Source of the DNA: Nemertoderma westbladi
Taxonomy: Eukaryota > Animalia > Xenacoelomorpha
Assembly: GCA_032718475.1 (NCBI GenBank)
Contig: JAUCBJ010009082.1
Span: 1 to 64,000, forward strand
Reading direction: 5' to 3'
DNA length: 64,000 bases
In this document: piece after piece, positions 12,916 through 29,000 of the stretch
Numbering within the stretch: the first letter of the stretch is position 1
Layout: the number at the start of each line of letters is the position of its first letter
Position numbers and translations under genes: made by a program
Notes under the pieces: model-generated
The model's database searches: none
The model's input: only the letters and a program-made list of their open reading frames with translations
Told to the model about the DNA's origin: nothing

Positions 12916-14003
12916 GCGCATAAAAAATTTATTGGTGAAAAAACATATAATTTGGTAAAAAATGTCAAATAATTTGGTGTTTTCTGATATTATTTGGTGC
13001 ACAACGATTTATTTGGTGGTGGGTGTTTTTTTGGTGTGGAAACTGGAAAGTGATATAATTTGGGTGAATAAAGTAACCATTTTGATGCAAAAGTGATATT
13101 TTTTGATGTATGAGTACATCGTAGCCTATGTAAAATTTCAATAAAATTCTACCGAAAAGTGAAAACCTGGTATTAATTCTTCACAATGGGGAATCTAGAA
13201 ATACAGGAGAATTTTACATGTGTGTTAGAGGTTCAAAAGGGCCCTTTAATTTTTGTTATTTTGCAGAGATAACTTACTGTATCATATTTTATTTTAAACT
13301 GATTTTTCAACTTAACTTAACTACAACTGTTAACTTAACTTAACTTAAATGTAAACCAAACGTAACACATGTTTGAAATTCAGTTAGATATTTGATTTGT
13401 ATTTAAGTCACATGTTATTTCCAAGATAAAAAGATTACGCGTTCAAATATAAATTCACATTAATTAGTGTTGATTTATGATAATATAAAATGAGAAACAT
13501 CCTATTATAGCGGGGCTTTCATTCAATCATAAGGACATGCAAATATTGCGATACTTTGTGTTTTACTAGGTCACTTTGTGTTTGTCTTCTGTTTCTATGA
13601 GTGTCCTGATAATATTATAATAAAAATAATAAAGATGGGTTGGGTTAAAACCAGGTCAATAAATACAGAACTACACCCAATACAATACAGCGCACAACTA
13701 ATTAAGAGATTTACAAATAATATCCCAAAGGGACAGAAATTTAAAATCATTGAGAGACATCGCCAGAACAGATTGGGACAATAATAGTAAATTATTGAGT
13801 AGGAAATAAGGTATAATGTTTTTTTAACTTTAGGTTCGCATTTATTGTTAATTCTAGGGTTTGCAGTTGTCTGTGTCGGTACAGTTTGTTGTACCCACAT
13901 TATGGCGACAATGTGGCGTTACACTACACAGGACATTACCGGCAGAAAGAAGACGGTGTTATTTTGCGAAATATTACTACAGCAAGACCATCGACACAAC
14001 GAC

Positions 14004-17000
14004 GTTCACATTGGCCTGTCTGAGAGACACGAATGATGGATCTTGAGGAATCTATCATTCACATTGGCCTGTTTGAAAGACACGAATGATGGATCTTGGG
14101 GAATCTATCATTCACATTGGCCTGTTTGAGAGACACGAATGATGGATCTTGAGGAATCTATCGTTCACATTGGCCTGTATGAGAGACACAAATGAGGGAT
14201 CTTGAAGAATCTATCGTTCACATTGGCCTGTATGAGAGACATGATTGAGGGATCTTGAGGAATCTATCGTTCACATTGGCCTGATCTTGAGGAATCTATC
14301 GTTCACATTGGCCTGTATGAGAGACACGATTGAGGTATCTTGAGGAATCTATCGTTCACATTGGCCTGTTTGAGAGACACGATTGAGGGATCTTGAGGAA
14401 TCTATCGTTCGCATTGGCCTGTATGAGANNNNNNNNNNNNNNNNNNNNNNNNNNNNNNNNNNNNNNNNNNNNNNNNNNNNNNNNNNNNNNNNNNNNNNNN
14501 NNNNNNNNNNNNNNNNNNNNNNNNNNNNACACGATTGAGGTATCTTGAGGAATCTATCGTTCACATTGGCCTGTATGAGAGACATGATTGAGGGATCTTG
14601 AGGAATCTATCGTTCACATTGGCCTGTTTGAGAGACACGATTGAGGGATCTTGAGGAATCTATCGTTCGCATTGGCCTGTATGAGAGACACGATTGAGGT
14701 ATCTTGAGGAATCTATCGTTCACATTGGCCTGTTTGAGAGACATGATTGAGGGATCTTGAGGAATCTATCGTTCGCATTGGCCTGTATGAGAGACACGAT
14801 TGAGGGATCTTGAGGAATCTATCGTTCGCATTGGCCTGTATGAGAGACACGATTGAGGTATCTTGAGGAATCTATCGTTCACATTGGCCTGTATGAGAGA
14901 CACGATTGAGGGATCTTGAGGAATCTATCGTTCACATTGGCCTGTTTGAGAGACATGATTGAGGGATCTTGAGGAATCTATCGTTCGCATTGGCCTGTAT
15001 GAGAGACACGATTGAGGTATCTTGAGGAATCTATCGTTCACATTGGCCTGTTTGAGAGACACGAATGATGGATCTTGAGGAATCTATCATTCACATTGGC
15101 CTGTATGAGAGACATGATTGAGGGATCTTGAGGAATCTATCGTTCGCATTGGCCTGTATGAGAGACACGATTGAGGTATCTTGAGGAATCTATCGTTCAC
15201 ATTGGCCTGTTTGAGAGACACGAATGATGGATCTTGAGGAATCTATCATTCACATTGGCCTGTATGAGAGACATGATTGAGGGATCTTGAGGAATCTATC
15301 GTTCACATTGGCCTGTATGAGAGACACGATTGATGGATCTTGAGGAATCTATCGTTCACATTGGCCTGTCTGAGAGACACAAATGAGGTATCTTGAGGAA
15401 TCTATCGTTCACATTGGCCTGTTTGAGAGACACGAATGATGGATCTTGAGGAATCTATCATTCACATTGGCCTGTATGAGAGACATGATTGAGGGATCTT
15501 GAGGAATCTATCGTTCGCATTGGCCTGTATGAGAGACACGATTGAGGTATCTTGAGGAATCTATCGTTCACATTGGCCTGTTTGAGAGACACGAATGATG
15601 GATCTTGAGGAATCTATCATTCACATTGGCCTGTATGAGAGACATGATTGAGGGATCTTGAGGAATCTATCGTTCACATTGGCCTGTATGAGAGACACGA
15701 TTGATGGATCTTGAGGAATCTATCGTTCGCATTGGCCTGTATGAGAGACACGATTGAGGTATCTTGAGGAATCTATCGTTCACATTGGCCTGTTTGAGAG
15801 ACACGAATGATGGATCTTGAGGAATCTATCATTCACATTGGCCTGTATGAGAGACATGATTGAGGGATCTTGAGGAATCTATCGTTCGCATTGGCCTGTA
15901 TGAGAGACACGATTGAGGTATCTTGAGGAATCTATCGTTCACATTGGCCTGTTTGAGAGACACGAATGATGGATCTTGAGGAATCTATCATTCACATTGG
16001 CCTGTATGAGAGACATGATTGAGGGATCTTGAGGAATCTATCGTTCGCATTGGCCTGTATGAGAGACACGATTGAGGTATCTTGAGGAATCTATCGTTCA
16101 CATTGGCCTGTTTGAGAGACACGAATGATGGATCTTGAGGAATCTATCATTCACATTGGCCTGTATGAGAGACATGATTGAGGGATCTTGAGGAATCTAT
16201 CGTTCACATTGGCCTGTATGAGAGACACGATTGATGGATCTTGAGGAATCTATCGTTCACATTGGCCTGTCTGAGAGACACAAATGAGGTATCTTGAGGA
16301 ATCTATCGTTCACATTGGCCTGTATGAGAGACACGAATGATGGATCTTGAGGAATCTATCGTTCACATTGGCCTGTCTGAGAGACACAAATGAGGTATCT
16401 TGAGGAATCTATCGTTCACATTGGCCTGTTTGAGAGACACGAATGATGGATCTTGAGGAATCTATCGTTCACATTGGCCTGTATGAGAGACACGATTGAG
16501 GGATCTTGAGGAATCTATCGTTCGCATTGGCCTGTATGAGAGACACGATTGAGGGATCTTGAGGAATCTATCATTCACATTGGCCTGTATGAGAGACACG
16601 ATTGAGGGATCTCGAGGAATCTATCATTCACATTGGCCTGTATGAGATACACGATTGAGGGATCTTGAGGAATCTATCGTTCACATTGGCCTGTTTGAGA
16701 GACACGAATGATGGATCTTGAGGAATCTATCGTTCGCATTGGCCTGTTTGAAAGACACGAATGATGGATCTTGGGGAATCTATCATTCACATTGGCCTGT
16801 TTGAGAGACACGAATGATGGATCTTGAGGAATCTATCGTTCACATTGGCCTGTTTGAGAGACACGAATGATGGATCTTGAGGAATCTATCGTTCACATTG
16901 GCCTGTTTGAGAGACACGATTGAGGGATCTTGAGGAATCTATCGTTCGCATTGGCCTGTATGAGAGACACGATTGAGGTATCTTGAGGAATCTATCGTTC

Positions 17001-20000
17001 ACATTGGCCTGTTTGAGAGACACGAATGAGGGATCTTGAAGAATCTATCGTTCACATTGGCCTGTATGAGAGACACGATTGAGGTATCTTGAGGAATCTA
17101 TCGTTCGCATTGGCCTGTATGAGAGACACGATTGAGGTATCTTGAGGAATCTATCGTTCACATTGGCCTGTCTGAGAGACACGATTGAGGGATCTTGAGG
17201 AATCTATCGTTCACATTGGCCTGTTTGAGATACACGATTGAGGGATCTTGAGGAATCTATCGTTCACATTGGCCTGTATGAGAGACACGATTGAGGGATC
17301 TTGAGGAATCTATCGTTCGCATTGGCCTGTATGAGAGACACGATTGAGGGATCTTGAGGAATCTATCGTTCACATTGGCCTGTTTGAGAGACACGATTGA
17401 GGTATCTTGAGGAATCTATCATTCACATTGGCCTGTATGAGAGACACGATTGAGGGATCTTGAGGAATCTATCGTTCACATTGGCCTGTATGAGAGACAC
17501 GATTGAGGTATCTTGAGGAATCTATCGTTCACATTGGCCTGTATGAGAGACACGATTGAGGGATCTTGAGGAATCTATCGTTCACATTGGCCTGTATGAG
17601 AGACACGATTGAGGTATCTTGAGGAATCTATCATTCACATTGGCCTGTTTGAGAGACACGAATGAGGGATCTTGAAGAATCTATCGTTCACATTGGCCTG
17701 TTTGAGAGACACGAATGAGGGATCTTGAAGAATCTATCGTTCACATTGGCCTGTATGAGAGACACGATTGAGGTATCTTGAGGAATCTATCGTTCACATT
17801 GGCCTGTATGAGAGACACGATTGAGGGATCTTGAGGAATCTATCGTTCACATTGGCCTGTATGAGAGACATGATTGAGGGATCTTGAGGAATCTATCGTT
17901 CACATTGGCCTGTTTGAGAGACACGAATGAGGGATCTTGAAGAATCTATCGTTCACATTGGCCTGTATGAGAGACATGATTGAGGGATCTTGAGGAATCT
18001 ATCGTTCACATTGGCCTGTTTGAGAGACACGAATGAGGGATCTTGAAGAATCTATCGTTCACATTGGCCTGTATGTGTATGAGAGACACGATTGAGGGAT
18101 CTTGAGGAATCTATCGTTCACATTGGCCTGTTTGAGAGACACGAATGAGGGATCTTGAAGAATCTATCGTTCACATTGGCCTGTATGAGAGACACGATTG
18201 AGGTATCTTGAGGAATCTATCGTTCACATTGGCCTGTATGAGAGACACGATTGAGGGATCTTGAGGAATCTATCGTTCACATTGGCCTGTATGAGAGACA
18301 CGATTGAGGTATCTTGAGGAATCTATCGTTCACATTGGCCTGTTTGAGAGACACGAATGAGGTATCTTGAGGAATCTATCGTTCACATTGGCCTGTCTGA
18401 AACACACGAAAGAGGGAGCTTGAGGAATCTATCGTTCACATTGGCCTGTTTGAGAGACACGAATGAGGGATCTTGAAGAATCTATCGTTCACATTGGCCT
18501 GTATGAGAGACACGATTGAGGGATCTTGAGGAATCTATCGTTCACATTGGCCTGTTTGAGAGACACGATTGAGGGATCTTGAGGAATCTATCGTTCACAT
18601 TGGCCTGTTTGAGAGACACGAATGAGGGATCTTGAGGAATCTATCGTTCACATTGGCCTGTTTGAGAGACACGAATGAGGGATCTTGAGGAATCTATCGT
18701 TCGCATTGGCCTGTATGAGAGACACGATTGAGGTATCTTGAGGAATCTATCGTTCACATTGGCCTGTTTGAGAGACATGATTGAGGGATCTTGAGGAATC
18801 TATCGTTCGCATTGGCCTGTATGAGAGACACGATTGAGGGATCTTGAGGAATCTATCGTTCGCATTGGCCTGTATGAGAGACACGATTGAGGTATCTTGA
18901 GGAATCTATCGTTCACATTGGCCTGTATGAGAGACACGATTGAGGGATCTTGAGGAATCTATCGTTCACATTGGCCTGTTTGAGAGACATGATTGAGGGA
19001 TCTTGAGGAATCTATCGTTCGCATTGGCCTGTATGAGAGACACGATTGAGGTATCTTGAGGAATCTATCGTTCACATTGGCCTGTTTGAGAGACACGAAT
19101 GATGGATCTTGAGGAATCTATCATTCACATTGGCCTGTATGAGAGACATGATTGAGGGATCTTGAGGAATCTATCGTTCACATTGGCCTGTATGAGAGAC
19201 ACGATTGATGGATCTTGAGGAATCTATCGTTCACATTGGCCTGTCTGAGAGACACAAATGAGGTATCTTGAGGAATCTATCGTTCACATTGGCCTGTTTG
19301 AGAGACACGAATGATGGATCTTGAGGAATCTATCATTCACATTGGCCTGTATGAGAGACATGATTGAGGGATCTTGAGGAATCTATCGTTCGCATTGGCC
19401 TGTATGAGAGACACGATTGAGGTATCTTGAGGAATCTATCGTTCACATTGGCCTGTTTGAGAGACACGAATGATGGATCTTGAGGAATCTATCATTCACA
19501 TTGGCCTGTATGAGAGACATGATTGAGGGATCTTGAGGAATCTATCGTTCACATTGGCCTGTATGAGAGACACGATTGATGGATCTTGAGGAATCTATCG
19601 TTCGCATTGGCCTGTATGAGAGACACGATTGAGGTATCTTGAGGAATCTATCGTTCACATTGGCCTGTTTGAGAGACACGAATGATGGATCTTGAGGAAT
19701 CTATCATTCACATTGGCCTGTATGAGAGACATGATTGAGGGATCTTGAGGAATCTATCGTTCGCATTGGCCTGTATGAGAGACACGATTGAGGTATCTTG
19801 AGGAATCTATCGTTCACATTGGCCTGTTTGAGAGACACGAATGATGGATCTTGAGGAATCTATCATTCACATTGGCCTGTATGAGAGACATGATTGAGGG
19901 ATCTTGAGGAATCTATCGTTCGCATTGGCCTGTATGAGAGACACGATTGAGGTATCTTGAGGAATCTATCGTTCACATTGGCCTGTTTGAGAGACACGAA

Positions 20001-23000
20001 TGATGGATCTTGAGGAATCTATCATTCACATTGGCCTGTATGAGAGACATGATTGAGGGATCTTGAGGAATCTATCGTTCACATTGGCCTGTATGAGAGA
20101 CACGATTGATGGATCTTGAGGAATCTATCGTTCACATTGGCCTGTCTGAGAGACACAAATGAGGTATCTTGAGGAATCTATCGTTCACATTGGCCTGTAT
20201 GAGAGACACGAATGATGGATCTTGAGGAATCTATCGTTCACATTGGCCTGTCTGAGAGACACAAATGAGGTATCTTGAGGAATCTATCGTTCACATTGGC
20301 CTGTTTGAGAGACACGAATGATGGATCTTGAGGAATCTATCGTTCACATTGGCCTGTATGAGAGACACGATTGAGGGATCTTGAGGAATCTATCGTTCGC
20401 ATTGGCCTGTATGAGAGACACGATTGAGGGATCTTGAGGAATCTATCATTCACATTGGCCTGTATGAGAGACACGATTGAGGGATCTCGAGGAATCTATC
20501 ATTCACATTGGCCTGTATGAGATACACGATTGAGGGATCTTGAGGAATCTATCGTTCACATTGGCCTGTTTGAGAGACACGAATGATGGATCTTGAGGAA
20601 TCTATCGTTCGCATTGGCCTGTTTGAAAGACACGAATGATGGATCTTGGGGAATCTATCATTCACATTGGCCTGTTTGAGAGACACGAATGATGGATCTT
20701 GAGGAATCTATCGTTCACATTGGCCTGTTTGAGAGACACGAATGATGGATCTTGAGGAATCTATCGTTCACATTGGCCTGTTTGAGAGACACGATTGAGG
20801 GATCTTGAGGAATCTATCGTTCGCATTGGCCTGTATGAGAGACACGATTGAGGTATCTTGAGGAATCTATCGTTCACATTGGCCTGTTTGAGAGACACGA
20901 ATGAGGGATCTTGAAGAATCTATCGTTCACATTGGCCTGTATGAGAGACACGATTGAGGTATCTTGAGGAATCTATCGTTCGCATTGGCCTGTATGAGAG
21001 ACACGATTGAGGTATCTTGAGGAATCTATCGTTCACATTGGCCTGTCTGAGAGACACGATTGAGGGATCTTGAGGAATCTATCGTTCACATTGGCCTGTT
21101 TGAGATACACGATTGAGGGATCTTGAGGAATCTATCGTTCACATTGGCCTGTATGAGAGACACGATTGAGGGATCTTGAGGAATCTATCGTTCGCATTGG
21201 CCTGTATGAGAGACACGATTGAGGGATCTTGAGGAATCTATCGTTCACATTGGCCTGTTTGAGAGACACGATTGAGGTATCTTGAGGAATCTATCATTCA
21301 CATTGGCCTGTATGAGAGACACGATTGAGGGATCTTGAGGAATCTATCGTTCACATTGGCCTGTATGAGAGACACGATTGAGGTATCTTGAGGAATCTAT
21401 CATTCACATTGGCCTGTATGAGAGACACGATTGAGGGATCTTGAGGAATCTATCGTTCACATTGGCCTGTATGAGAGACACGATTGAGGTATCTTGAGGA
21501 ATCTATCATTCACATTGGCCTGTTTGAGAGACACGAATGAGGGATCTTGAAGAATCTATCGTTCACATTGGCCTGTTTGAGAGACACGAATGAGGGATCT
21601 TGAAGAATCTATCGTTCACATTGGCCTGTATGAGAGACACGATTGAGGTATCTTGAGGAATCTATCGTTCACATTGGCCTGTATGAGAGACACGATTGAG
21701 GGATCTTGAGGAATCTATCGTTCACATTGGCCTGTATGAGAGACATGATTGAGGGATCTTGAGGAATCTATCGTTCACATTGGCCTGTTTGAGAGACACG
21801 AATGAGGGATCTTGAAGAATCTATCGTTCACATTGGCCTGTATGAGAGACATGATTGAGGGATCTTGAGGAATCTATCGTTCACATTGGCCTGTTTGAGA
21901 GACACGAATGAGGGATCTTGAAGAATCTATCGTTCACATTGGCCTGTATGTGTATGAGAGACACGATTGAGGGATCTTGAGGAATCTATCGTTCACATTG
22001 GCCTGTTTGAGAGACACGAATGAGGGATCTTGAAGAATCTATCGTTCACATTGGCCTGTATGAGAGACACGATTGAGGTATCTTGAGGAATCTATCGTTC
22101 ACATTGGCCTGTATGAGAGACACGATTGAGGGATCTTGAGGAATCTATCGTTCACATTGGCCTGTATGAGAGACACGATTGAGGTATCTTGAGGAATCTA
22201 TCGTTCACATTGGCCTGTTTGAGAGACACGAATGAGGTATCTTGAGGAATCTATCGTTCACATTGGCCTGTCTGAAACACACGAAAGAGGGAGCTTGTGG
22301 AATCTATCGTTCACATTGGCCTGTTTGAGAGACACGAATGAGGGATCTTGAAGAATCTATCGTTCACATTGGCCTGTATGAGAGACACGATTGAGGGATC
22401 TTGAGGAATCTATCGTTCACATTGGCCTGTTTGAGAGACACGATTGAGGGATCTTGAGGAATCTATCGTTCACATTGGCCTGTTTGAGAGACACGAATGA
22501 GGGATCTTGAGGAATCTATCGTTCACATTGGCCTGTTTGAGAGACACGAATGAGGGATCTTGAGGAATCTATCGTTCGCATTGGCCTGTATGAGAGACAC
22601 GATTGAGGTATCTTGAGGAATCTATCGTTCACATTGGCCTGTTTGAGAGACATGATTGAGGGATCTTGAGGAATCTATCGTTCGCATTGGCCTGTATGAG
22701 AGACACGATTGAGGGATCTTGAGGAATCTATCGTTCGCATTGGCCTGTATGAGAGACACGATTGAGGTATCTTGAGGAATCTATCGTTCGCATTGGCCTG
22801 TATGAGAGACACGATTGAGGGATCTTGAGGAATCTATCGTTCACATTGGCCTGTTTGAGAGACACGATTGAGGGATCTTGAGGAATCTATCGTTCACATT
22901 GGCCTGTATGAGAGACACAATTGAGGTATCTTGAGGAATCTATCGTTCACATTGGCCTGTATGAGAGACACGATTGAGGGATCTTGAGGAATCTATCGTT

Positions 23001-26000
23001 CACATTGGCCTGTATGAGAGACACGATTGAGGGATCTTGAGGAATCTATCGTTCACATTGGCCTGTTTGAGAGACACGATTGAGGTATCTTGAGGAATCT
23101 ATCGTTCACATTGGCCTGTATGAGAGACACGATTGATGGATCTTGAGGAATCTATCGTTCACATTGGCCTGTCTGAGAGACACGATTGATGGATCTTGAG
23201 GAATCTATCGTTCACATTGGCCTGTCTGAGAGACACGATTGATGGATCTTGAGGAATCTATCGTTCCATTGGCCTGTTTGAGAGACACGAATGAGGGATC
23301 TTGAAGAATCTATCGTTCACATTGGCCTGTATGAGAGACACGATTGAGGGATCTTGAGGAATCTATCGTTCACATTGGCCTGTATGAGAGACACGATTGA
23401 GGTATCTTGAGGAATCTATCATTCACATTGGCCTGTTTGAGAGACACGAATGAGGGATCTTGAAGAATCTATCGTTCACATTGGCCTGTTTGAGAGACAC
23501 GAATGAGGGATCTTGAAGAATCTATCGTTCACATTGGCCTGTATGAGAGACACGATTGAGGTATCTTGAGGAATCTATCGTTCACATTGGCCTGTATGAG
23601 AGACACGATTGAGGGATCTTGAGGAATCTATCGTTCACATTGGCCTGTATGAGAGACATGATTGAGGGATCTTGAGGAATCTATCGTTCACATTGGCCTG
23701 TTTGAGAGACACGAATGAGGGATCTTGAAGAATCTATCGTTCACATTGGCCTGTATGAGAGACATGATTGAGGGATCTTGAGGAATCTATCGTTCACATT
23801 GGCCTGTTTGAGAGACACGAATGAGGGATCTTGAAGAATCTATCGTTCACATTGGCCTGTATGAGAGACACGATTGAGGGATCTTGAGGAATCTATCGTT
23901 CACATTGGCCTGTTTGAGAGACACGAATGAGGGATCTTGAAGAATCTATCGTTCACATTGGCCTGTATGAGAGACACGATTGAGGTATCTTGAGGAATCT
24001 ATCGTTCACATTGGCCTGTATGAGAGACACGATTGAGGGATCTTGAGGAATCTATCGTTCACATTGGCCTGTATGAGAGACACGATTGAGGGATCTTGAG
24101 GAATCTATCGTTCACATTGGCCTGTTTGAGAGACACGAATGAGGTATCTTGAGGAATCTATCGTTCACATTGGCCTGTCTGAAACACACGAAAGAGGGAG
24201 CTTGAGGAATCTATCGTTCACATTGGCCTGTTTGAGAGACACGAATGAGGGATCTTGAAGAATCTATCGTTCACATTGGCCTGTATGAGAGACACGATTG
24301 AGGGATCTTGAGGAATCTATCGTTCACATTGGCCTGTTTGAGAGACACGATTGAGGGATCTTGAGGAATCTATCGTTCACATTGGCCTGTTTGAGAGACA
24401 CGAATGAGGGATCTTGAGGAATCTATCGTTCACATTGGCCTGTTTGAGAGACACGAATGAGGGATCTTGAGGAATCTATCATTCCATTGGCCTGTTTGAG
24501 AGACACGAATGAGGGATCTTGAAGAATCTATCGTTCACATTGGCCTGTATGAGAGACACGATTGAGGGATCTTGAGGAATCTATCGTTCACATTGGCCTG
24601 TTTGAGAGACACGAATGAGGGATCTTGAGGAATCTATCGTTCACATTGGCCTGTTTGAGAGACACGATTGAGGGATCTTGAGGAATCTATCGTTCACATT
24701 GGCCTGTTTGAGAGACACGAATGAGGGATCTTGAGGAATCTATCATTCACATTGGCCTGTTTGAGAGACACGAATGAGGGATCTTGAGGAATCTATCATT
24801 CCATTGGCCTGTTTGAGAGACACGAATGAGGGATCTTGAAGAATCTATCGTTCACATTGGCCTGTATGAGAGACACGATTGAGGGATCTTGAGGAATCTA
24901 TCGTTCACATTGGCCTGTTTGAGAGACACGAATGAGGGATCTTGAGGAATCTATCGTTCACATTGGCCTGTTTGAGAGACACGAATGATGGATCTTGAGG
25001 AATCTATCGTTCACATTGGCCTGTTTGAGAGACACGAATGATGGATCTTGAGGAATCTATCGTTCACATTGGCCTGTATGAGAGACACGATTGAGGGATC
25101 TTGAGGAATCTATCGTTCGCATTGGCCTGTATGAGAGACACGATTGAGGTATCTTGAGGAATCTATCGTTCACATTGGCCTGTATGAGAGACACAATTGA
25201 GGGATCTTGAGGAATCTATCGTTCGCATTGGCCTGTATGAGAGACACGATTGAGGTATCTTGAGGAATCTATCGTTCACATTGGCCTGTCTGAGACACAC
25301 GAAAGAGGGAGCTTGAGGAATCTATCGTTCACATTGGCCTGTTTGAGAGACACAAATGAGGGATCTTGAAGAATCTATCGTTCACATTGGCCTGTATGAG
25401 AGACACGATTGAGGGATCTTGAGGAATCTATCGTTCACATTGGCCTGTTTGAGAGACACGAATGAGGGATCTTGAGGAATCTATCGTTCACATTGGCCTG
25501 TATGAGAGACACGATTGAGGGATCGTGAGGAATCTATCGTTCACATTGGCCTGTTTGAGAGACACGAATGAGGGATCTTGAGGAATCTATCGTTCACATT
25601 GGCCTGTATGAGAGACACGAATGAGGGATCTTGAAGAATCTATCGTTCACATTGGCCTGTCTGAGAGACATGAATGAGGGATCTTGAGGAATCTATCATT
25701 CTCATTTGCATGCCTGAGATACACGATTGAGGGATCTTGAGGAATCTATCGTTCACATTGGCCTGTATGAGAGACACGATTGAGGTATCTTGAGGAATCT
25801 ATCGTTCACATTGGCCTGTTTGAGAGACACGATTGAGGTATCTTGAGGAATCTATCGTTCACATTGGCATGTTTGAGAGACACGATTGAGGTATTTTGAG
25901 GAATCTATCGTTCACATTGGCCTGTATGAGAGACACGATTGAGGGATCTTGAGGAATCTATCGTTCACATTGGCCTGTTTGAGAGACACGAATGAGGGAT

Positions 26001-29000
26001 CTTGAGGAATCTATCGTTCACATTGGCCTGTTTGAGAGACACGAATGATGGATCTTGAGGAATCTATCGTTCACATTGGCCTGTTTGAGAGACACGAATG
26101 ATGGATCTTGAGGAATCTATCGTTCACATTGGCCTGTATGAGAGACACGATTGAGGTATCTTGAGGAATCTATCGTTCACATTGGCCTGTTTGAGAGACA
26201 TGATTGAGGTATCTTGAGGAATCTATCGTTCACATGGGCCTGTTTGAGAGACACAATTGAGGGATCTTGAGGAATCTATCGTTCACATTGGCCTGTTTGA
26301 GAGACATGATTGAGGGATCTTGAGAAATCTATCATTCACATTGGCCTGTATGAGAGACACGATTGAGGGATCTTGAGGAATCCATCATTCACATTGGCCT
26401 GTATGAGAGACACGATTGAGGGATCTTGAGGAATCTATCGTTCACATTGGCCTGTATGAGAGACACGATTGAGGTATCTTGAGAAATCTATCGTTCACAT
26501 TGGCCTGTTTGAGAGACACGATTGTGGGATCTTGAGGAATCTATCATTCACATTGGCCTGTTTGAGAGACACGATTGAGGGATCTTGCTTGATGAATCTA
26601 TCGTTCACATTGGCCTGTTTGAGAGACACGAATGAGAGATCTTGAGGAATCTATCATTCACATTGGCCTGTCTGAGAGACACGAATGAGGGATCTTGAGG
26701 AATCTATCGTTCACATTGGCCTGTATGAGAGACACGATTGAGGGATCTTGAGGAATCTATCGTTCACATTGGCCTGTATGAGAGACACGATTGAGGGATC
26801 TTGAGGAATCTATCATTCACATTGGCCTGAATGAGAGACACGATTGAGGAATCTTGAGGAATCTATCGTTCACATTGGCCTGATCTTGAGGAATCTATCG
26901 TTCACATTGGCCTGTATGAGAGACATGATTGAGGTATCTTGAGAAATCTATCATTCACATTGGCCTGTATGAGAGACACGATTGAGGGATCTTGAGGAAT
27001 CCATCATTCACATTGGCCTGTATGAGAGACACGATTGAGGGATCTTGAGGAATCTATCGTTCACATTGGCCTGTATGAGAGACACGATTGAGGTATCTTG
27101 AGAAATCTATCGTTCACATTGGCCTGTTTGAGAGACACGATTGTGGGATCTTGAGGAATCTATCATTCACATTGGCCCGTATGAGAGACACGATTGAGGG
27201 ATCTTGAGGAATCTATCGTTCACATTGGCCTGTATGAGAGACACGATTGAGGTATCTTGAGAAATCTATCGTTCACATTGGCCTGTTTGAGAGACACGAT
27301 TGAGGGATCTTGAGGAATCTATCGTTCACATTGGCCTGTATGAGAGACACGATTGAGGTATCTTGAGAAATCTATCGTTCACATTGGCCTGTTTGAGAGA
27401 CACGATTGTGGGATCTTGAGGAATCTATCATTCACATTGGCCCGTTTGAGAGACACGATTGAGGGATCTTGCTTGATGAATCTATCGTTCACATTGGCCT
27501 GTTTGAGAGACACGAATGAGAGATCTTGAGGAATCTATCATTCACATTGGCCTGTCTGAGAGACACGAATGAGGGATCTTGAGGAATCTATCGTTAACAT
27601 TGGCCTGTATGAGAGACACGATTGAGGGATCTTGAGGAATCTATCATTCACATTGGCCTGTATGAGAGACACGATTGAGGGATCTTGAGGAATCTATCAT
27701 TCACATTGGCCTGAATGAGAGACACGATTGAGGAATCTTAAGGAATCTATCGTTCACATTGGCCTGATCTTGAGGAATCTATCGTTCACATTGGCCTGTA
27801 TGAGAGACATGATTGAGGTATCTTGAGGAATCTATCGTTCACATTGGCCTGTATGAGAGACACGATTGAGGGATCTTGAGGAATCTATCGTTCACATTGG
27901 CCTGTATGAGAGACACGATTGAGGGATCTTGAGGAATCTATCGTTCACATTGGCCTGTATGAGAGACACGATTGAGGTATCTTGAGGAATCTATCATTCA
28001 CATTGTCCTGTATGAGAGACATGATTGAGGGATCTTGAGGAATCTATCGTTCACATTGGCCTGATCTTGAGAAATCTATCGTTCACATTGGCCTGTATGA
28101 GAGACATGATTGAGGTATCTTGAGGAATCTATCGTTCACATTGGCCTGTATGAGAGACACGATTGAGGGATCTTGAGGAATCTATCGTTCACATTGGCCT
28201 GTATGAGAGACACGATTGAGGTATCTTGAGGAATCTATCATTCACATTGGCCTGTATGAGAGACATGATTGAGGGATCTTGAGGAATCTATCGTTCACAT
28301 TGGCCTGTATGAGAGACACGATTGAGGTATCTTGAGGAATCTATCATTCACATTGGCCTGTATGAGAGACACGATTGAGGGATCTTGAGGAATCTATCGT
28401 TCGCATTGGCCTGTATGAGAGACACGATTGAGGGATCTTGAGGAATCTATCGTTCACATTGGCCTGTATGAGAGACACGATTGAGGGATCTTGAGGAATC
28501 TATCGTTCACATTGGCCTGTATGAGAGACACGATTGAGGGATCTTGAGGAATCTATCGTTCACATTGGCCTGTATGAGAGACACGATTGAGGTATCTTGA
28601 GGAATCTATCATTCACATTGGCCTGTATGAGAGACATGATTGAGGGATCTTGAGGAATCTATCGTTCACATTGGCCTGTATGAGAGACACGATTGAGGGA
28701 TCTTGAGGAATCTATCGTTCACATTGGCCTGTATGAGAGACACGATTGAGGTATCTTGAGGAATCTATCATTCACATTGGCCTGTATGAGAGACATGATT
28801 GAGGGATCTTGAGGAATCTATCGTTCACATTGGCCTGTATGAGAGACACGATTGAGGGATCTTGAGGAATCTATCGTTCACATTGGCCTGTATGAGAGAC
28901 ACGATTGAGGTATCTTGAGGAATCTATCATTCACATTGGCCTGTATGAGAGACATGATTGAGGGATCTTGAGGAATCTATCGTTCACATTGGCCTGTATG

